Positions 59,994 to 64,000 of a DNA stretch of 64,000 bases are shown here, piece after piece (the stretch's first letter is position 1; each line of letters starts with the position of its first letter). Both the position numbers and the translations under genes were made by a program. The stretch lies in NCBI GenBank assembly GCA_026936335.1, contig JAPMXV010000049.1, positions 534,656 to 598,655 of the forward strand, written 5' to 3'. This DNA is from Mantamonas sphyraenae STR306. Taxonomy: Eukaryota > Protista > CRuMs. Below the pieces are notes generated by a model. The model saw nothing but the letters and a program-made list of their open reading frames with translations, was not told the DNA's origin and made no database searches.

Positions 59994-62900
59994 TCATTCG
60001 AGGCGCTGGCGTTTGGAGGAGGAGGAGGAGGAAGAGGAGGAAGGGTCTTTGCGCTTGGGGAGGGTGAAGGAGGGGATGGGGTAGGCGTTGACGAGAGCGG
60101 GGGTGGTGGGGCGGGTGGTGATGTGGGGTGTGATGCGGTCGATGAGGGTGTGCAGGAGGGTGTGTAGTGTTGCGTCGCTGGGTTGGGGGTTGTCGAGCCA
60201 GGCGATTTTGAGGGAGATGGAGGTGACACCGCGGGTGAGGGTGGCGCTGACGGCATTTTGCACCTGCTGGTAGGTGAGGCGTGGTCTGAGGAGGCGGACA
60301 AAGAAGGCCAGGTCGACAGGCGGCACGCCAACGTTGCCCAGCGCCAGGATGATGTGTCGCACCAGGGAATTCAGGCTGCCGTTGTTGATCAGCTCACGCA
60401 GTGCATGGTGCTCATGTGTATGCTGATGGCGAGGGTGCTTGGCTGCGCGTGCCTTCATGTGTGCCAGCAGCGTCTGGAACTCCCGCGCCGTGCAGCTGCC
60501 ACGCTCGTCGTTGGGATTGTGCGTTGCCCAGCCCCTGCGCACAGACTCAGGATGCCACTTGTCCATCTCGGTGGTGGTGAGGTGATGATCGTAGTCGCGT
60601 TGTGTCCAGTGTGGGTCGCTGTCGTTGTCAGCAGGGCGTCGTGCTTTCTGCAGCAACAGCTGGGTCTCCTTGTGCTCCTTCCAGGTGGCGGGATGGGGTC
60701 TGCTGCCGAGAGTGTCCATCTCTGTCATGATCAGGTGGAGGAGGGCGTAGTTGGGGTCGCCGTGGTCGTGTGGCTCCTCCAGCCAGCACACCTTCAACCC
60801 AGCCTTTGTCACACCCACGGCCAGACCAGCGCTGATGATGGCACGGCTGCACGCATGTTGATCCACATCACGGCCGAGAAGGGTGAGGCAGAAGGCCATG
60901 TCGCCCTGGGAGAGGGGAATATTGCCCAGAACGAGCTGAATCTGTCGGACCAGCGTGCTCAGGGTGCCATGGCAGACCACAACACGCGCCTGGAGGGTCA
61001 TGAGGTCGGGAATGTCGTCGACGCGATGCTCGTTGGCCAGAGTGTGCATGTGGATCAGCAGTGCCGTGTGCTCCTCCTTGTTGCTGTGCATACGCTCACT
61101 CTTGCGCCATGTTGACCAGCCACTGCGCACAACGCCGTCTGGCAGTCCATCCTCCACGGCCCTCTTCTCCTCCTCTGTAGGTTCGGGAAGAACAAGGTCG
61201 GGGATGTCGCGGGCGTTTACAGCGTCGAATGTGGTGGGCCGGGTGAAGATGTGGGGTGTGATGCGGTCGATGAGGGTGTGGAGGAGGGTGTGCAGTGTGG
61301 CGTCGCTGGGTTTGGGGTTGTCAAGCCAGGCGATCTTGAGGGAGAGTGAGGTGACGCCACGGGTGAGGGTGACGCTGATGGCACTTTTCACCTGCAGGCT
61401 GGTGAGGCGTGGTCTGAGGAGGCGGACAAAGAAGGCCAGGTCGACAGGCGGCACGCCAACGTTGCCCAGCGCCAGGATGATGTGTCGCAGCAGGGACAGC
61501 TGGCTGCCGTTGTTGACCAGCTCACGCAGTTCCTGGAGCTCGTTTGTGTGCTGATGGCGAGGGTGCTTGGATGCGCGTGCCTTCATGTGTGCCAGCAGCG
61601 TCTGGAACTCCCGCGCCGTGCAGCTGCCACGCTCGTCGCTGTGGCCTATGATCCAGCCACTGCGCACAGACTCTGGTTCCCACTCTTCCACGTTGGTGGT
61701 GGCAAGGTGATGGTCGTAGTCGCATTGAGTCCAGTGTGGGTCGCTGTCGTTGTCAGCTGGGCGTCGTGCTTTCTGCAGCAACAGCTGGGTCTCCTTGTGC
61801 TCCTTCCAGGTGGTGGGATGGGCTCTGCTGCCGAGAGTGTCCATCTCTGTCATGAGCAAGTGGAGGAGGGCGTAGTTGGGGTCGCCGTGGTCGTGTGGCT
61901 CCTCCAGCCAGCACACCCTCAACCCAGCCTTGGTCACACCCATGGCCAGACCAGCGTTGTTGATAGCAATGAAGCACGCCTTTTGATCCATGTCTCGGCC
62001 GAGGAGGGTGAGGCATAGGGCCATGTCGCCCTGGGAAAGGGGAATGTTGCCCAGAGCCAGCTGAATCTGTCGGACGAGCGTGATCAGGGTGCCATGGCAG
62101 ACCACAACACGCGCCTGCAGGGTCATGAGGTCGGGCATGTCGTCGATGGGATGCTCGTTGGCTAGAGTGTGCATGTGGTTCAGCAGTGCCGTGTGCTCCT
62201 TCTTGTTGCTGTGGCTGCGCTCGTCACTGTGTCCCCCTGTCCACCCTTTGCGCACAACACCATCCGGCAACTTGTTCGTCTTGTCCACGCTTGCTTTCTT
62301 CCGTGCGCCGTTGTCTCCGTTCTCCGCCCTCCTTGCCCGTGTGCTCGACGTTCCTGTCTCGGTGCCACTGCCAGCCGTGACCCTGAGCCTGCGCTGTACG
62401 CTGCCTTTCATCTTCTGTGGACCAGTACGACGGCTGGTGTCGCCTCTGCGTCGTCGTGTGCGGCCTCTACTTGTGCGTCTCAGCTGCCATTCGTCCGCGT
62501 CCTCCTGCTCTATGTCGTCTGTGTCGTCGTCGCTGTCGTCTTGCGGCATGTACTCCTCATCCATGGCATCACCAGTGTCTGCAACGCTTAGTGGGCCCTG
62601 AGTTTCCAACTCGCCGTCCACGTGCTGCTGGGTTGCGTCATTTGCCTCGCCGTCTTCTTCGTACGCCTCCATCCATGAGCTGCTCACCCACTCTGAGTTG
62701 CTGGAGACTGACCGTGGTTCACGATGGCCAAAGTTCAGGAACATCAGGTCCTCCACGTCACCGGTGTCATGTGTGTGCGTGTCCTGGTGTGCGTCGTCGT
62801 CGTCGCTGTCTCCAGTCTGCTGTGTGGCCTGGTGGGAGGAGGACGACGATGTGGTGGTCGATGTGGTCCGTGTGATGCCGACAAACGCAGGGCTGATGCG

Positions 62901-63176
62901 TTTTGGGACGCGGTTGTGGTTGGTGGTGGGTTGAGCAGGCGGAGGGTGCAACGGAAGCTGAGCGAAGTGCATCTGGGCGCTTTGTCGCGGCTGAGGAGGC
63001 GGCGGAGGAGGGTAGGCGTAGTATGGTTGGCCTTGATGAGCATACGCGGTGTGCTGCTGGGAGTGGGTGTTGACAGGGACCCAGATGATGGGTGGTTGTG
63101 GGTGCTGGTACGGGTTTTGAACGCCTTGGACGGGCAGCATGTTCGGAAACGGCTGGGCAGCCATGGGAGGAACCAT
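59994..63176 (-). CDS. Telomere-proximal orphan protein (about 1,060 aa) with A-B-A'-B' repeats of an unrecognised domain
   Basis: Long intronless ORF; P/Q-rich then acidic/basic N-terminus, four related VRxGW...(D/S)ER domains, C-terminal KRQRLE. Start codon uncertain. Confidence 0.75.
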   Translation of the reverse strand: MVPPMAAQPFPNMLPVQGVQNPYQHPQPPIIWVPVNTHSQQHTAYAHQGQPYYAYPPPPPPQPRQSAQMHFAQLPLHPPPAQPTTNHNRVPKRISPAFVGITRTTSTTTSSSSSHQATQQTGDSDDDDAHQDTHTHDTGDVEDLMFLNFGHREPRSVSSNSEWVSSSWMEAYEEDGEANDATQQHVDGELETQGPLSVADTGDAMDEEYMPQDDSDDDTDDIEQEDADEWQLRRTSRGRTRRRRGDTSRRTGPQKMKGSVQRRLRVTAGSGTETGTSSTRARRAENGDNGARKKASVDKTNKLPDGVVRKGWTGGHSDERSHSNKKEHTALLNHMHTLANEHPIDDMPDLMTLQARVVVCHGTLITLVRQIQLALGNIPLSQGDMALCLTLLGRDMDQKACFIAINNAGLAMGVTKAGLRVCWLEEPHDHGDPNYALLHLLMTEMDTLGSRAHPTTWKEHKETQLLLQKARRPADNDSDPHWTQCDYDHHLATTNVEEWEPESVRSGWIIGHSDERGSCTAREFQTLLAHMKARASKHPRHQHTNELQELRELVNNGSQLSLLRHIILALGNVGVPPVDLAFFVRLLRPRLTSLQVKSAISVTLTRGVTSLSLKIAWLDNPKPSDATLHTLLHTLIDRITPHIFTRPTTFDAVNARDIPDLVLPEPTEEEKRAVEDGLPDGVVRSGWSTWRKSERMHSNKEEHTALLIHMHTLANEHRVDDIPDLMTLQARVVVCHGTLSTLVRQIQLVLGNIPLSQGDMAFCLTLLGRDVDQHACSRAIISAGLAVGVTKAGLKVCWLEEPHDHGDPNYALLHLIMTEMDTLGSRPHPATWKEHKETQLLLQKARRPADNDSDPHWTQRDYDHHLTTTEMDKWHPESVRRGWATHNPNDERGSCTAREFQTLLAHMKARAAKHPRHQHTHEHHALRELINNGSLNSLVRHIILALGNVGVPPVDLAFFVRLLRPRLTYQQVQNAVSATLTRGVTSISLKIAWLDNPQPSDATLHTLLHTLIDRITPHITTRPTTPALVNAYPIPSFTLPKRKDPSSSSSSSSSKRQRLE
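60030..62270. repeat. Tandem duplication of a 1,125-bp coding unit
   Basis: LPDGVVR(K/S)GW begins at 62270 and 61145; long near-identical nucleotide stretches between the copies. Confidence 0.92.
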
Positions 63177-63839
63177 GTACGCGTAGCTGTGGCGGAGACG
63201 GGAAGGGGCAGGGCGGGGTGGGAATGGTGAGCGGAAGGCGGCATGGACGCCGTCAGAGCAGAAGCGGGGTGAAGGGAGGTTGGAACGAGCAGAGAGGGAA
63301 ACGGAGGAGATTGGCAGACGGGGAAACTGGCAACGGGGAGGGCAGTGACAGGGGAGAGGGGATTGGAGAAGAGCGGTGAAGACAGCAGCGGTGGTGATGG
63401 GGAAGTGCAGATGCAGGGGAGGAGTGCAGGGAAGCAACGGAGGCATGCAGGAGGCAAGGAAGCGGGAGGAGCGGGCAGTCAGAAAACGGAGTGGAAGGCA
63501 GAACGCACGCTGGGTAGGTGTTGGGTGTGTGTTGTTGCTTCGGAGTGCTTGAGTAGTCTTCGTCCATAGTGGTGGTGGTGGTACTGGAGAGTATGTGGAT
63601 TGTGTTGGACTGGTGAAGGGTGTGGTGGGTGTTGGTGATATTTTGGTTGAAGGCTGATGGGCAGTGCTGACTGCGCGGCGTTGCAGGACGACGGCCACTC
63701 ACCAGCGAGATTTCCACTCCCACCAATTGCCCACTGCCCCATGTCACCACCCAACTCAGCCACCCCGCCTACACTCACAAGCACGACTCACACGACATAG
63801 ACCGGACTCACATGATCACGACAATTCTGTCAAATAGAG

Positions 63840-64000
63840 TTAGGGTTAGGGTTAGGGTTAGGGTTAGGGTTAGGGTTAGGGTTAGGGTTAGGGTTAGGGT
63901 TAGGGTTAGGGTTAGGGTTAGGGTTAGGGTTAGGGTTAGGGTTAGGGTTAGGGTTAGGGTTAGGGTTAGGGTTAGGGTTAGGTTAGGGTTAGGGTTAGGG
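63840..64000 (+). repeat. Telomere (TTAGGG)n
   Basis: Terminal array of TTAGGG with one TTAGG variant at 63978-63982. Confidence 0.99.

Noticed and set aside
63177-63839. Upstream extension of the subtelomeric ORF, or a telomeric retroelement
   Set aside because: Non-ATG start, low-complexity C-rich translation, and no RT, endonuclease or helicase motifs.

Overview
This is the terminal 64 kb of a compact, GC-rich unicellular-eukaryote chromosome arm. It has short GT-AG introns, many head-to-head gene pairs only 30-180 bp apart, and ends in a (TTAGGG)n telomere at 63840-64000. It holds about 27 protein genes and two identical tRNA-Thr(AGT) genes. The genes include ArgRS, a FANCJ-like helicase, HBS1, a PTGR3-like reductase, a CtIP/Sae2-like protein, NudC, an unusual myosin, DAG kinase, Prp17, a RhoGAP, transporters, Nup42-like and PDE12-like proteins, and a cNMP phosphodiesterase. 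The stand-out locus is 27.9-35.1 kb: an intron-containing gene of about 2,020 aa. Its C-terminus carries the Fanzor1/TnpB RuvC motif set (DPG / VNEHLTSQ / RDENAALNI / RPAYL), its N-terminus looks like a FEN1/XPG-type PIN domain, and its middle has OB/S1-like segments. It is followed directly by a multibranched RNA structure (omegaRNA candidate). It is preceded by an unusually long intergenic region with many nested stems, part of which can pair with the 3' RNA. No transposase is visible. Other notable items are a myosin whose tail has CPI motifs, an RGS-like domain and Kelch repeats; a phage-type HhH-GPD-like domain gene head-to-head with FANCJ; a telomere-adjacent orphan gene built from four copies of an unrecognised domain; and a conserved 99-bp element upstream of both tRNAs. 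All domain calls are by-eye motif recognition, not database searches.
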